A stretch of DNA of 64,000 nt, from assembly GCA_047285535.1 (NCBI GenBank), contig JBJBDC010000001.1, positions 672,136-736,135 on the forward strand, read 5' to 3'. Position 1 is the first letter of the stretch. The number at the start of each line of letters is the position of its first letter. The notes under the pieces are model-generated. The model had not been told where the DNA came from. It searched no databases and saw only the letters and a program-made list of their open reading frames with translations. Below, one piece after another: positions 50,604 through 60,338 of the stretch. Origin of the DNA: Synechococcus sp. GTDB lineage: Bacteria; Cyanobacteriota; Cyanobacteriia; PCC-6307; Cyanobiaceae. The position numbers and the translations under genes were made by a program.

Positions 50604-51448
50604 ATCTGGGCCTGTAGAAACAGATCCTGGAGTCCTGTCCAGAGATAAACCGTACCAAAAGCTAAAAGAACCATGGCACTGATCCCCGAGATCTGGTCGC
50701 CTCGTTGGAGCAGACGGCGGCGCAGACCACCCAGTTCCACTCCCAGACCCGCCAGCAAAATCACCATGCTGTAACCAAGGGCGTATAACACCATCGATAC
50801 CACAGCCAGAGGGGGTGATCCAACTGCAGCGGAGGCACTGAGCACTGCAGCAAGAACCGGACTGGCGCAGGGGGAAGTCACCAGGGCAAAGGTCAATCCA
50901 ATCAGGAACGGACCTGATGACAACCTGTTGATCCATGTCTTTTCAGCAAAGACTCCAAGATTGAGACGATGCCAGGACAGATGCGGTCCCCAACCCTTCA
51001 GCTGAAGTGCCATGGCAATCACGATGACCCCTGCAGCGGTCAACAAAACCCCACGATGATCAATGATCAGTGCTCCTGCCAGTGAAGTGAAATATCCCAA
51101 GATGGTGTAGGCCGTGACCACTCCAAGAGCAAACTGCAGCACTGTTCCAGGATTGGGGCGTTGCTGCTGTTGAGCACCGAGATAGGAAAGCTGAACAGGA
51201 AGAAGAGCAAGGACACAGGGAGAGACACTGGCGATCAGCCCACCTGTGAAGGCCAGCAGCGGAAGCCCTAGAACAGCCCAGCTACTGCTATCGGTCCAAC
51301 GTGTAACCCACTCGGCATAACGTTGACTGCTGGACAGGACAACCATTTCAAGATGACCTGCAGAGGCCGTTACGACGGCTGCGATTACAGCGAGCAATAA
51401 CAGCAGAATTAAACGTGACGACCAACGCGTTTGACTGAGAGCTGACAT
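50600..51448 (-). CDS. ccdA: CcdA/DsbD-type transmembrane electron transporter
   Basis: SVSPCVLALLP and TSPCASPVL redox Cys motifs; about 6-7 TM helices. Confidence 0.88.
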   Translation of the reverse strand: MSALSQTRWSSRLILLLLLAVIAAVVTASAGHLEMVVLSSSQRYAEWVTRWTDSSSWAVLGLPLLAFTGGLIASVSPCVLALLPVQLSYLGAQQQQRPNPGTVLQFALGVVTAYTILGYFTSLAGALIIDHRGVLLTAAGVIVIAMALQLKGWGPHLSWHRLNLGVFAEKTWINRLSSGPFLIGLTFALVTSPCASPVLAAVLSASAAVGSPPLAVVSMVLYALGYSMVILLAGLGVELGGLRRRLLQRGDQISGISAMVLLAFGTVYLWTGLQDLFLQAQM

Positions 51449-51454
51449 TGGCCT

Positions 51455-51931
51455 TCAGCGACGCATCAGTGAACGTGTTGTGTAGATCGCTTTGATGTAG
51501 GGCTCAATCTCGGTCTGAGCCAAGAAGGTCCGAGTGGAGAGGCCGGTTCGAGGATCGAGGATGCTGACCAGGCTGGTCTGGCTGCGATGGTTCTTAAAAA
51601 ACTGCCCCAGGCCTAGTTTCTCGGCCCGTGCTGCAGACCGTTGCGCAGCAGCTGAGGTTGAAACATCGAAGCGGATCCAGGTCAAGGCATCTCCTTCCTT
51701 CTGATGGATGGTCTTCAGCACTGGCTTCAGCTGCTTACAGGCTGTACACCAGGATGCATAAATTTCCACCATCACAGGCTTGCCCTGAAGTGATGGAGCC
51801 AGAGCACTGGCAGCACGAGCCGTTGGCGTGAACGAAGCCATCATGGTCAATTCAGCCAATGGAAGCAAAGTTGATGTGAGTGGAAGAATGGCAGCAGAGA
51901 GCAGTACAGGGAGTAAGGCGCGTTGGTTCAA
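51455..51931 (-). CDS. Exported thioredoxin-like protein
   Basis: Signal peptide followed by KPVMVEIYASWCTACK (CxxC). Confidence 0.88.
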   Translation of the reverse strand: MNQRALLPVLLSAAILPLTSTLLPLAELTMMASFTPTARAASALAPSLQGKPVMVEIYASWCTACKQLKPVLKTIHQKEGDALTWIRFDVSTSAAAQRSAARAEKLGLGQFFKNHRSQTSLVSILDPRTGLSTRTFLAQTEIEPYIKAIYTTRSLMRR

Positions 51932-51958
51932 GGCAACAAACGAATTACTGAAAGTCCA

Positions 51959-51985
51959 TACAGGTCAACACCCTGATCGGATTCA
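51959..51985 (-). promoter_or_regulatory. Candidate ECF-sigma promoter
   Basis: Minus strand TGAATCC-N16-TGTA, ending 28 nt upstream of the thioredoxin start. Confidence 0.35.
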
Positions 51986-52401
51986 CCTGCGCAAAATGAA
52001 TGGTCTGCTAACTCTTTAGCTGCTCTTGAACACGCGAGCCATTGTTTGCATCATTGCTGATAGATCGAGGATCATCACTGCACGGCATCCAACAGCAAAC
52101 CTTTAGCAGGATGTTCTGAAGCAGATTTGATCAACCCTGCTGAAGGATTAAAGACTTCATCGTCTACAGATTGGTGCCCGTTTCAATGGGACTGAATCGT
52201 GTAGCAATTGGTCACACGAACGTAGGTGCGCCAAGCAAGGTCGCTCAGAACAGAACGACAGTCCATCAAGTTCCGATAGGCAAACAGCTGGCACCTAGGC
52301 CGATCAACGAGTCCAACCGGACCATCGTCTGAATTCAACTGCCTTCATGGCTGATGGAATTGATTCTGTTTACGATCTCATCAGACCCCCCATTCAAAGA
52401 G

Positions 52402-52617
52402 ATGAGTCAAAGTCAGGATGCGAGGCGTCATGACGAGGATCAACGTCATCGCACTCAATCAACACCCTTAAAGGTTGAGCAAGAAAAAAACCGCAGTGTG
52501 AACCATCTTCCAAACGATGCCATTAGCCCTGAAGAGCTGAAAAAGCTCAATGAGCAAACCGATTCACGACTCAACGAACAGGGCCCAGCTTCGTTTCGGG
52601 AAGGACATCACTCATGA
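52402..52617 (+). CDS. Small hydrophilic hypothetical protein
   Basis: ATG ORF whose stop overlaps the next ATG (ATGA). Confidence 0.5.
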   Translation: MSQSQDARRHDEDQRHRTQSTPLKVEQEKNRSVNHLPNDAISPEELKKLNEQTDSRLNEQGPASFREGHHS

Positions 52618-52823
52618 GCAACGAACATCATCAAAGCGGCCGCAGACCCAACAAAGCGGAGCTTGAACGGCTTCAACCTGACCATCGCGACAAACAGCCG
52701 CTGAAGAAGGGAAACGAAAACGAGCGTCGAAATCAGCCGAACACCAGCAAACAAGACCATCAACACTCAGGACTAACGCCTATGGAAGAAGTTCGACGGA
52801 TTGACACTGAAACAGCAGATTGA
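52614..52823 (+). CDS. Small hydrophilic hypothetical protein
   Basis: 69-aa ORF with upstream AAGGA, coupled to the previous ORF. Confidence 0.5.
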   Translation: MSNEHHQSGRRPNKAELERLQPDHRDKQPLKKGNENERRNQPNTSKQDHQHSGLTPMEEVRRIDTETAD

Positions 52824-53263
52824 CGGGCTCGGCAGGTTGAAGCCTTCAATCGCTGGATAGAAGTTGGGAGGATTTTGAACACCATTGAGCCTTAGATCGC
52901 CCTTAAAATAGATCAGCAACTCATTAGGCTTCACAAACTATCCGTGGAATTTGGCATTGTTGAATGCGGTTGCACATTCATACGATCGGCTAAATCCAAA
53001 ACCGATAACTATCAAGAATATGAATAGCAACGTCTGAATCAATAACAGATTAGATACTGCGATGTGCTAATTCGCTCTTTCAGCTTGATGGAAGTGCAAC
53101 GAGCAGGCGTCATTAAATCTGAAGGATCATGAGGCGTTCATAGCCGCAGCTGGATCCAAAGCTGAGACTTGCAAGAGTGTTCAACTCAATCTGAAAGAAC
53201 AAATGGCTAGACCTGCAGGGAAGAGCTCCATATGCTGAGTGGAAGTGTCGTGTACTGGTCCTG

Positions 53264-55447
53264 GTGTTGAGAAGAAAAAATCTGATTATTTCTTTTTTGA
53301 TTGGTTTCTGCTGCGTCTTTCTTTTGTCTGGCTTTCCCTCATTGGCAGAGTCCCAGAGCAGTGGCCATCAACCCTTGAATCTCAGACATGAGAGTTCTCT
53401 GCCAATCATTGCGCTTGAGGATCAACCCTTTTACCCAGAGCTGATCAAACGGGCCGATCTCTGGCTCCATACACCGCTAGGCCAGGTGGTTGGAGATACA
53501 CCAAAAGATACCTTGCTCAACTTTTATACGGTGATGGCTGATGTCGGACTCTTAATTGATGAAATCACAGCATCACACCTCAATGATCCTGGTCTGTTCT
53601 GGAATCGTCAGACATTGGCTGAGATCCACGAAGCAGAGGACCTCTTTGATGCAGCTGTGGATGCTTTGGATGGTTCCTCGTTTCCTTTGGGAGTGAGGAG
53701 CTATCTCAAAGATGAAGCGGCTATTCAGCTCAAGCATGTGCTTGATTTTATTTTTCATAACAGCCGCCAGATCATCTCCCTACCCGACGCCAGTGGGATG
53801 AAGGCGTTGAATGAGCAACGATCAAAGCAAACGCAATCATGGACTTTGCCTGGATCATCCATTGAGCTCACGAGTCAGCTTGCTGACGATCCAGTCAACA
53901 GTGACTATTATTTCTCCGCATCGACGGTAGAGAATGCCGCGAGAATGTACGAACAAGTTCGTCAGCAGTTGGGGAACATAAAAGATCAATCCTTTGTTAC
54001 GGAAACTTTTTATCAGGATTTTATTCACACTCCCGGACACTTGTTTCCCCCGAAGTGGTATTTAATGCTCCCCTCGGATTTCCGAGGAATCATTGAAACA
54101 GAAGTCTTTTTGGGAGAAACACTTGTCCAGCTGATCCTATCCACCACTGCAATTATAGGGTTTGCCATCATTAGCGCACTTTTATTCCGACAATTAATAC
54201 GCTCCTATCAAAAAAAGTCAGTGGATCCATCCAGGGCATGGATGCTTGATTCGATTGCTTGGAAGCGCACTTTACTCATACTGCCATTGGTGCCATTAGC
54301 AAAATTGACTGAGATATTCATTGATGAATACCTTAACTTTACTGGTTTACCTTTATTGATCTGCACAATCGCATTTGAGATTATTTATTTCTTACTATTT
54401 ATTGTTTTTGTTTTCCTGTTTTTTGAGGCGTTTGGGCGTTCAGTCTCTGAGGGTCTCGTGCGAATGTCTGGGAACCGGGAGGTATGGGAGCTGTCCAGAA
54501 CCAGTAATCGCGTGATGCCTGTCTGCCGTGTTGCCTCGGGTGTTGTTGCCATCTTTCTGATTTACCGCATGCTGCTTCAGCTCGGACTCTCCCCAACGGT
54601 CGTGCTTGCACTGTCTACCGTTCCTGGCTTGGCCATTGGTCTTGGTGCCTCGAAGCTACTCGGAAACCTATTTGCTGGTCTGTCACTTCAGACCGACCGA
54701 CCTCTGCGCGTGGGTGAATTCTGTGAGATTGGTGATGACCAGGGTTTCATTACCAAAATCGGTTTACGTTCGGTTGAAATTGAAACAGCAACGGGAAGAA
54801 TCACGATTCCAAATGCTGTTGCCGAAGATTGTGTCGTGAACAATCTGTCGCGCAATCAACTCAGACCAGATGCTCCATTTATGCAGGGTCTGGAACTCAA
54901 GCTTGATCTCGAAACCGACGCGCCATTCAGCCCTGATCAGATCTCAGATCTACTGTTTTTGGCCAGGGATTATGCCGAAAATCGTGTTGATTTCATCAAT
55001 CCTTGTCTTACTTTTGAGATCAAACCTGGAGGCGAGCAGATGCTTCGCTGCCTCGGCATGATCAAAGTATCCGGTTGGAGAGATTACATCAAGCTACGGG
55101 AATCTCTTACGCTTGCTTTCAATCAACTCATTGTTCAAGTTGATAAATCACATTTTGTTCTATCGGTTTCTTACGACACGACAGATGCACAGCTTTCCAA
55201 GATTCCTGAAATTCTGCAAGCCATCATCGATGGCATCACAGGTTTCGAGCTCAAAGCCTGCCGGTTGATGGATATCGCTGAATTCAGTTACGACTTCAAA
55301 TGCCACACGCTCTCTCAGGGACTGACCTACACACAATTCAAGGACGCAATCGATCAGATTAACCGGGAACTTCTGAGTGCCCTTGCGGCTGCTGAGATCG
55401 TGATTCCTTTCCCCACTGCCATCGAAATTCAAAGAGACGCAGATTAG
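53264..55447 (+). CDS. Mechanosensitive channel MscS-family protein with large N-terminal extracytoplasmic domain
   Basis: GLAIGLGA...NLFAGL...DRPLRVGE...IGLRS...IPN motifs, C-terminal IPFP. Confidence 0.9.
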   Translation: MLRRKNLIISFLIGFCCVFLLSGFPSLAESQSSGHQPLNLRHESSLPIIALEDQPFYPELIKRADLWLHTPLGQVVGDTPKDTLLNFYTVMADVGLLIDEITASHLNDPGLFWNRQTLAEIHEAEDLFDAAVDALDGSSFPLGVRSYLKDEAAIQLKHVLDFIFHNSRQIISLPDASGMKALNEQRSKQTQSWTLPGSSIELTSQLADDPVNSDYYFSASTVENAARMYEQVRQQLGNIKDQSFVTETFYQDFIHTPGHLFPPKWYLMLPSDFRGIIETEVFLGETLVQLILSTTAIIGFAIISALLFRQLIRSYQKKSVDPSRAWMLDSIAWKRTLLILPLVPLAKLTEIFIDEYLNFTGLPLLICTIAFEIIYFLLFIVFVFLFFEAFGRSVSEGLVRMSGNREVWELSRTSNRVMPVCRVASGVVAIFLIYRMLLQLGLSPTVVLALSTVPGLAIGLGASKLLGNLFAGLSLQTDRPLRVGEFCEIGDDQGFITKIGLRSVEIETATGRITIPNAVAEDCVVNNLSRNQLRPDAPFMQGLELKLDLETDAPFSPDQISDLLFLARDYAENRVDFINPCLTFEIKPGGEQMLRCLGMIKVSGWRDYIKLRESLTLAFNQLIVQVDKSHFVLSVSYDTTDAQLSKIPEILQAIIDGITGFELKACRLMDIAEFSYDFKCHTLSQGLTYTQFKDAIDQINRELLSALAAAEIVIPFPTAIEIQRDAD

Positions 55448-55914
55448 GACTCCACTGAACCAACGAATGATCCGTCAGGAATCACCAGGGCATGTTCAGG
55501 CTCAGATCGTGATCCGAGCCGAAGATGTCACCAGGAGCGAGCCATCGTTGCGTTGGATACCTCAAGCTGGGTGGGAAGGCACATTCTTTCAACTGATTGT
55601 GACGAGAAGACACTTGAGAAGATTCAGCACACGGCACGTCGCAATCAGATCGCAGCGCAGCATGATGTCCATGCACCATCCCACAGTCAGGAGCCAATCA
55701 GGATTTGAATCAGCTCAGCTGATACCTTGCTGAATTTGTCAATCCTGTGTTCGCCCAAAAGACATTGCCAACAAGACCTCGAACCGAGAATTGCTTCTAA
55801 AGGAATCTGATCAACAAATCAAGCTTATCCATCTGATCGTAGTGACAATCCACTCGAAAGTGCAAAACTCAGAGTGAGTACTTTCATGACATCAATCCAG
55901 GTAAGTTAGAACAT

Positions 55915-57708
55915 TCAATGAGAATGAAAACTTGGAGCGAGACCATACACAGGTGTATCCAAACCAACAACTCTAGCCTTGATCTGCAAGGCTAAGTAAT
56001 GGGAATAATAACGACATTGATGCAAATTGCCCCCATGAATCCATAGGTTCTCCACCTGGGTTGGCTTCCACATATTGCGCAACTCACCTTGCCAAGGTCC
56101 GGGATCCTTTGGAGTGTCTGAACCAAGCCCCCAAACTTTGCCCAAACGGTTTGCTACGTCTGGGGAGATGAGATCAGAAAGAAATAGATTCATCGAACCA
56201 AACCCGGTGGCAAAGACCACCAGGTCAGCGTCCAGCTCACTGCCATCGTTGAGCACAACGGAATGCTCGCGGAATCGAGCCAGTTCAACGTTGCTTCTCA
56301 GGCGAATACGACCATCCGCCACCAGCTCTGCGGCACCAACATCCAGGTAATAACCAGATCCACGACGTAAAAATTTCATGAAGACGCCGGAGTCATCGGC
56401 GCCGAAGTCAAGCAGGAAGCCAACGTCTTCAAGACGTCGATAGAGATCCTGATGATCACGCCGCATGGCGTCATAGATCGGCTTCTGCCACTGAGGGAGA
56501 AGTTTGTAAGGAATGGAGGCCATGGTGTGATCTGACATCTCCGTGGTGATGCCCTCTGCCAACGCCTCCTCCGAATAGGAGCCTGCAAAGGCGTAGGTCT
56601 CCAACGCTTGCATCGGTGCCACCGTGGTGGAGCTGCGCTGCAACATCGTCACCTCGGCGGCACCCGCTTGCCAAAGTCCCGCGGCGATGTCATGGGCTGA
56701 ATTATTGGATCCCACTACAACACAACGCTTATTCCGGTAGGCATCGGGTCCTCGATGCTGGCTGGAATGATGCTGTTCCCCTGCAAAAGCTTCCGCCCCG
56801 GGGATTTCTGGCATCTGAGGATACCCAGCAACGCCTAGAGCGATCACGAGATGACGGGGCTGCAACCTCTGACAGCTGCCGTTCCGCTCCACCTCCAGTT
56901 GCCAACGATCACTGGTTGGATCGAAATGAGCTTTGCGCAGCGGTGAGGAACCCCAGATCTGTAATCCCATCACGCTGGCATAAGCCTCCATCCAATCGGC
57001 CAGTTGATCCTTCGGGGTGTATTTCGGCCAACCGTCTGGAAACGGTAGGTAAGGAAAGTGGCAGTAATGAACCGGGTCATGCAGGCACAACGTCTTGTAG
57101 CGCCGCCGCCAATGATCCCCTGGCCGCTCCTGTTTTTCCAGAATCAGCGTAGGGACCTGCAGAGATGCCAGGCGTGCTCCGAGACTGAGACCAGCCTGGC
57201 CGGCGCCGACAATCACAACCTCCGGCTGTTCACTCACCCCAAGGTTGGCGCACTCACGCTGCTTTTCTTCCAGCCATGTCAACCGGCCACGCTCCACAAC
57301 ATGGTCAGAGCCCATGGGCCGTCTCACACCCAGGCGCTCTTCATGGCCTTGGAGTGAATCCATCGCCGTGAACAGCGTCCAGATCTTTCCGTTTCGTAGC
57401 CGCACATGACCGCGACACGTGGCCACGCGCGTGTGAAAGCTGAACCAGCCCTCAAGACTGCCATCCTGCTCCGACACGTCAGCCAATGCAGTAAGGCCCC
57501 TGGGGGCAACATCCACAAGGCGTTGCGAGAGCATCGCGTTGATCGCGGAATGACCTTCCTCGGTGGTGAGGTTCCAACTGAAAGCAACCAGATCACGCCA
57601 AAAGCAGTCCTCGGCGAAGAAGGGAAGGACTTCAGCAGGATCTCCTGTTGTGCAAGCCGCTTCAAAACTGTTCAACCACTGCTGAAGAGACGCCATGGGT
57701 GTGGCCAT
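55915..57708 (-). CDS. Flavin-containing monooxygenase with N-terminal SnoaL/NTF2-like domain
   Basis: F..DCFWRDLV N-terminus, GAGQAG, WRRRYKTLCLHDP, FAGEQHHSSQH, GSNNSAHD and ATGF motifs. Confidence 0.9.
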   Translation of the reverse strand: MATPMASLQQWLNSFEAACTTGDPAEVLPFFAEDCFWRDLVAFSWNLTTEEGHSAINAMLSQRLVDVAPRGLTALADVSEQDGSLEGWFSFHTRVATCRGHVRLRNGKIWTLFTAMDSLQGHEERLGVRRPMGSDHVVERGRLTWLEEKQRECANLGVSEQPEVVIVGAGQAGLSLGARLASLQVPTLILEKQERPGDHWRRRYKTLCLHDPVHYCHFPYLPFPDGWPKYTPKDQLADWMEAYASVMGLQIWGSSPLRKAHFDPTSDRWQLEVERNGSCQRLQPRHLVIALGVAGYPQMPEIPGAEAFAGEQHHSSQHRGPDAYRNKRCVVVGSNNSAHDIAAGLWQAGAAEVTMLQRSSTTVAPMQALETYAFAGSYSEEALAEGITTEMSDHTMASIPYKLLPQWQKPIYDAMRRDHQDLYRRLEDVGFLLDFGADDSGVFMKFLRRGSGYYLDVGAAELVADGRIRLRSNVELARFREHSVVLNDGSELDADLVVFATGFGSMNLFLSDLISPDVANRLGKVWGLGSDTPKDPGPWQGELRNMWKPTQVENLWIHGGNLHQCRYYSHYLALQIKARVVGLDTPVYGLAPSFHSH

Positions 57709-58209
57709 GAATGGCTGTTACAACAGCGTCAGCATGACAATTGATCAACCCGTTGTCAGACCGATGGCCTAAAAGAGCCATCAACCCTGTTTCAGTAGCG
57801 ATCCAGGCCTGATCGAAGTACGCGCAGTACATGTCGAATCAAAGTTGACGTAGCTGGAGGACTCAAGGGTTGGGACAGTTGAAATCCATGAAACCTGTTG
57901 CCTAAAACGATCAGCAGCAGGCAATGCCTCTACAAGCTTAGAGATTCAAAAGAATTGAAATCTGGACGCTCTTTCCTCCGCCGAGGTGAAGACACGAGTC
58001 CGGATCATTGCTGCTATTGGTTCTATCTCTGGACTGATCCAAGTGAATGCGAAACATCGACCAATGGAGTGTCAGATCTCGAGCAATTCGAATGAGTCAG
58101 TCTTGATCTGGCATCAGTGAGTCGTCCTCTCAACCCAACCTCAACGGTTCTAACTGCTGACAACAGCTAACCTGACATTGATCACCATTGCCCTTGTGAT
58201 GGGTCAACA

Positions 58210-58902
58210 ATGGGCTCAGGTTCCCAAGGCCTAATGCAGTCGATCACCCCAGCCTTTATCGATCAGCTTCGCTTCAATGAAGCTGGCCTGATCCCCGCCA
58301 TTGCCCAGGACTGGCTCGACGGTGCGGTACTGATGGTGGCATGGATGAATCGGCAAGCCATCGAACTCACTCTGAGCACGGGCGAAGTCCACTACTGGAG
58401 TCGATCGCGACAAGAGCTCTGGCATAAGGGCGCCACCAGCGGGCACATCCAAAGCGTGCGGAACATCCTCTACGACTGTGATGCAGACGTGCTGCTGGTC
58501 ACGATCGAGCAACGGGGAGATGTGGCCTGTCACACCGGTGCACGGAGCTGCTTCTTCAATGATGGCGATCGGTCAAGCCCAGGAGGTGTTCATGCACTCC
58601 AACCACCAGCGGACGTTTGTACGGAATTGATGCGTGTGATCGAGGGACGTCGCGACCACCCAGAAGAAGGCAGCTACACCAATAAATTGCTCGGAGGAGG
58701 AGACAACAGCATCCTCAAGAAAATCGGCGAAGAAAGTGCCGAATTTGTGATGGCATGCAAAGACAAGAACCCTGAAGAAATGGCAGGCGAAGCGGCCGAT
58801 ATCCTCTTCCACATGCAGGTGGCCCTGGCCCATCACGGCGTGAGCTGGCGTGATGTGCAAGAAGTGCTAGCCCAGAGACGGGGAGCACCACGCCGACACT
58901 GA
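58210..58902 (+). CDS. hisIE: Bifunctional phosphoribosyl-AMP cyclohydrolase / phosphoribosyl-ATP diphosphatase
   Basis: [38 protein letters not shown] and EAAD motifs. Confidence 0.97.
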   Translation: MGSGSQGLMQSITPAFIDQLRFNEAGLIPAIAQDWLDGAVLMVAWMNRQAIELTLSTGEVHYWSRSRQELWHKGATSGHIQSVRNILYDCDADVLLVTIEQRGDVACHTGARSCFFNDGDRSSPGGVHALQPPADVCTELMRVIEGRRDHPEEGSYTNKLLGGGDNSILKKIGEESAEFVMACKDKNPEEMAGEAADILFHMQVALAHHGVSWRDVQEVLAQRRGAPRRH

Positions 58903-59413
58903 ACTTCTCAGCCATAAGCCATCAGCATTATTACGAGAACCAATCAATCCTTGAATTGGCTCACTTGATCACTTGATCACTTCAGCAATCATAAAAAGGA
59001 TTCGAAAAGCGATTATTTAAGAGCCATAGCCCAAATCTAGTTCAGAGAACTATTTTGAACCCTGAAAGAATTCAGTCCCAAAGCAATTTATTTCATGATT
59101 AGAGCCAGATAGAATAATCAGACTAATACTTTATATTCAGGATTGTTCAGTCGCTCATTTTGGGAGGAGTTGGGTCATAGCCGCCAGGATGGAAAGGGTG
59201 ACATCGACCAAGGCGACATAACGCCAGTCAAAACCCTTTGAACGCACCGTGCAGTTCAATAGCTTCAATCGCCTACTGCGAACATATCGGAGTAAAACGA
59301 CAATTCCCGCCTAGAAATGGGCTTATAAATATCTGATACAATTCAATCAATACTCGCATCAAATTTTGGACCAGAGAATCATTTGTATCCATCATTAAGA
59401 TGCATTTTGAGAG

Positions 59414-59800
59414 TCAAGAATCTGGCTGAAGAGAGGAGTGGTGATGGGAAATTTTCCATTCTCCATCTTCAAGCATGTCGATGAAGCTCAAGCGGGCTTC
59501 AGCTGTCGTGCCATCAGCAAAAGTGAAGCGATAAAGCCCTGCATCTTGAAGCCTATGGCAGCCAATCAGGATCTCTCGTTGATCGATTGATCCTTTGGGA
59601 CTTTTCACTCAAAAATGGCTGAAATCATCAACGATGGTGTCGTGATCTGTACGTGGCAAGTCGGACAGTGTGGGCAGCAGGATTGCGTGACGGCTGTAAA
59701 GCTTCGCCACTTGCTCTGGGTCCTTGGTTAGCAACGCCGCATTCCACCGTTCAAAAAGCACCTGCTCTTGGCATTGCGAGATCAGAGCGCATCCGGTCAC
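59414..59800 (-). pseudogene. SgcJ/EcaC (DUF4440/CaMKII-association-like) protein interrupted by an in-frame TGA
   Basis: LFERWNAAL...LLPTLS then TGA (59609-59611), continuing in frame to DAGLYRF...WKISHHHSS. Confidence 0.82.
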
Positions 59801-59932
59801 TCCGTCCTTGAGGAGTTGTCCACTTGGGCGGTCGAGCCGTTCCAGGTTGAGCCAGATCTAGCCATTTCTCGGTAATTGCGCGCAATGCATCAAGCAGTTG
59901 GGGCGATCCCTAGGACCCAATCGCCAACGGAA

Positions 59933-60109
59933 CTAACGCCCTGGGGGACTGTCAACGAGTTCTGCTTCCATCCACGCAGGAAGCTTGCCCTGCTCGAGGG
60001 CCATGGAAAGAATCTGACGCCCCGTGCTGCGCCTTCCCCTTAAATCACAGGCCTGGGGTGAGATTGTGAGGACGATTGCGGAACCAGCCAGGGAAGTGGT
60101 GTGGATCAT
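59933..60109 (-). CDS. Small hypothetical protein (58 aa), possibly degenerate
   Basis: Manual translation: MIHTTSLAGSAIVLTISPQACDLRGRRSTGRQILSMALEQGKLPAWMEAELVDSPPGR. Confidence 0.3.
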   Translation of the reverse strand: MIHTTSLAGSAIVLTISPQACDLRGRRSTGRQILSMALEQGKLPAWMEAELVDSPPGR

Positions 60110-60321
60110 CAGCCGTTGAGCATTCTCATGGGCTGAGCCTTGGCGAGGATTAAATATGGGAAGAATTATCGTCCAAGCTGTTCGTCGATGCTTGCCGACT
60201 AGACCACATCCAGGCGCCTGCGGAGCTAGCGTTTAAAGGTCATATCACGCCGCCGAGCGCCCGGCTTCAGCAAACAGAGCTGAACGAAGAGCGAAACAGT
60301 CCTCGGACTGCCATCATGTAT

Positions 60322-60336
60322 TGAGAATCATTCTCA
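60322..60336. promoter_or_regulatory. Fur/Zur-family 7-1-7 operator
   Basis: Perfect palindrome TGAGAAT-C-ATTCTCA, 2 nt before the ATG of a COG0523 gene. Confidence 0.75.
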
Positions 60337-60338
60337 GA

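Noticed and set aside
50604..50936. 110-aa N-terminal extension of the ECF sigma in the ORF track
   Set aside because: It lies inside ccdA in another frame; GTG at 50603 overlapping the ccdA stop gives a normal 170-aa ECF sigma
58961..58984. TCACTTGA x3 short tandem repeat after hisIE
   Set aside because: Only 24 bp, consistent with simple slippage, with no supporting context
59143..59215. Weak resemblance to a glutamine (downstream-peptide) riboswitch (GTTCA...ATGGAAAGGG)
   Set aside because: The stems cannot be formed convincingly and no suitable downstream ORF is present
59609..59611. In-frame TGA as selenocysteine
   Set aside because: Not a redox Cys context, no evident SECIS, and the surrounding sequence looks degenerate
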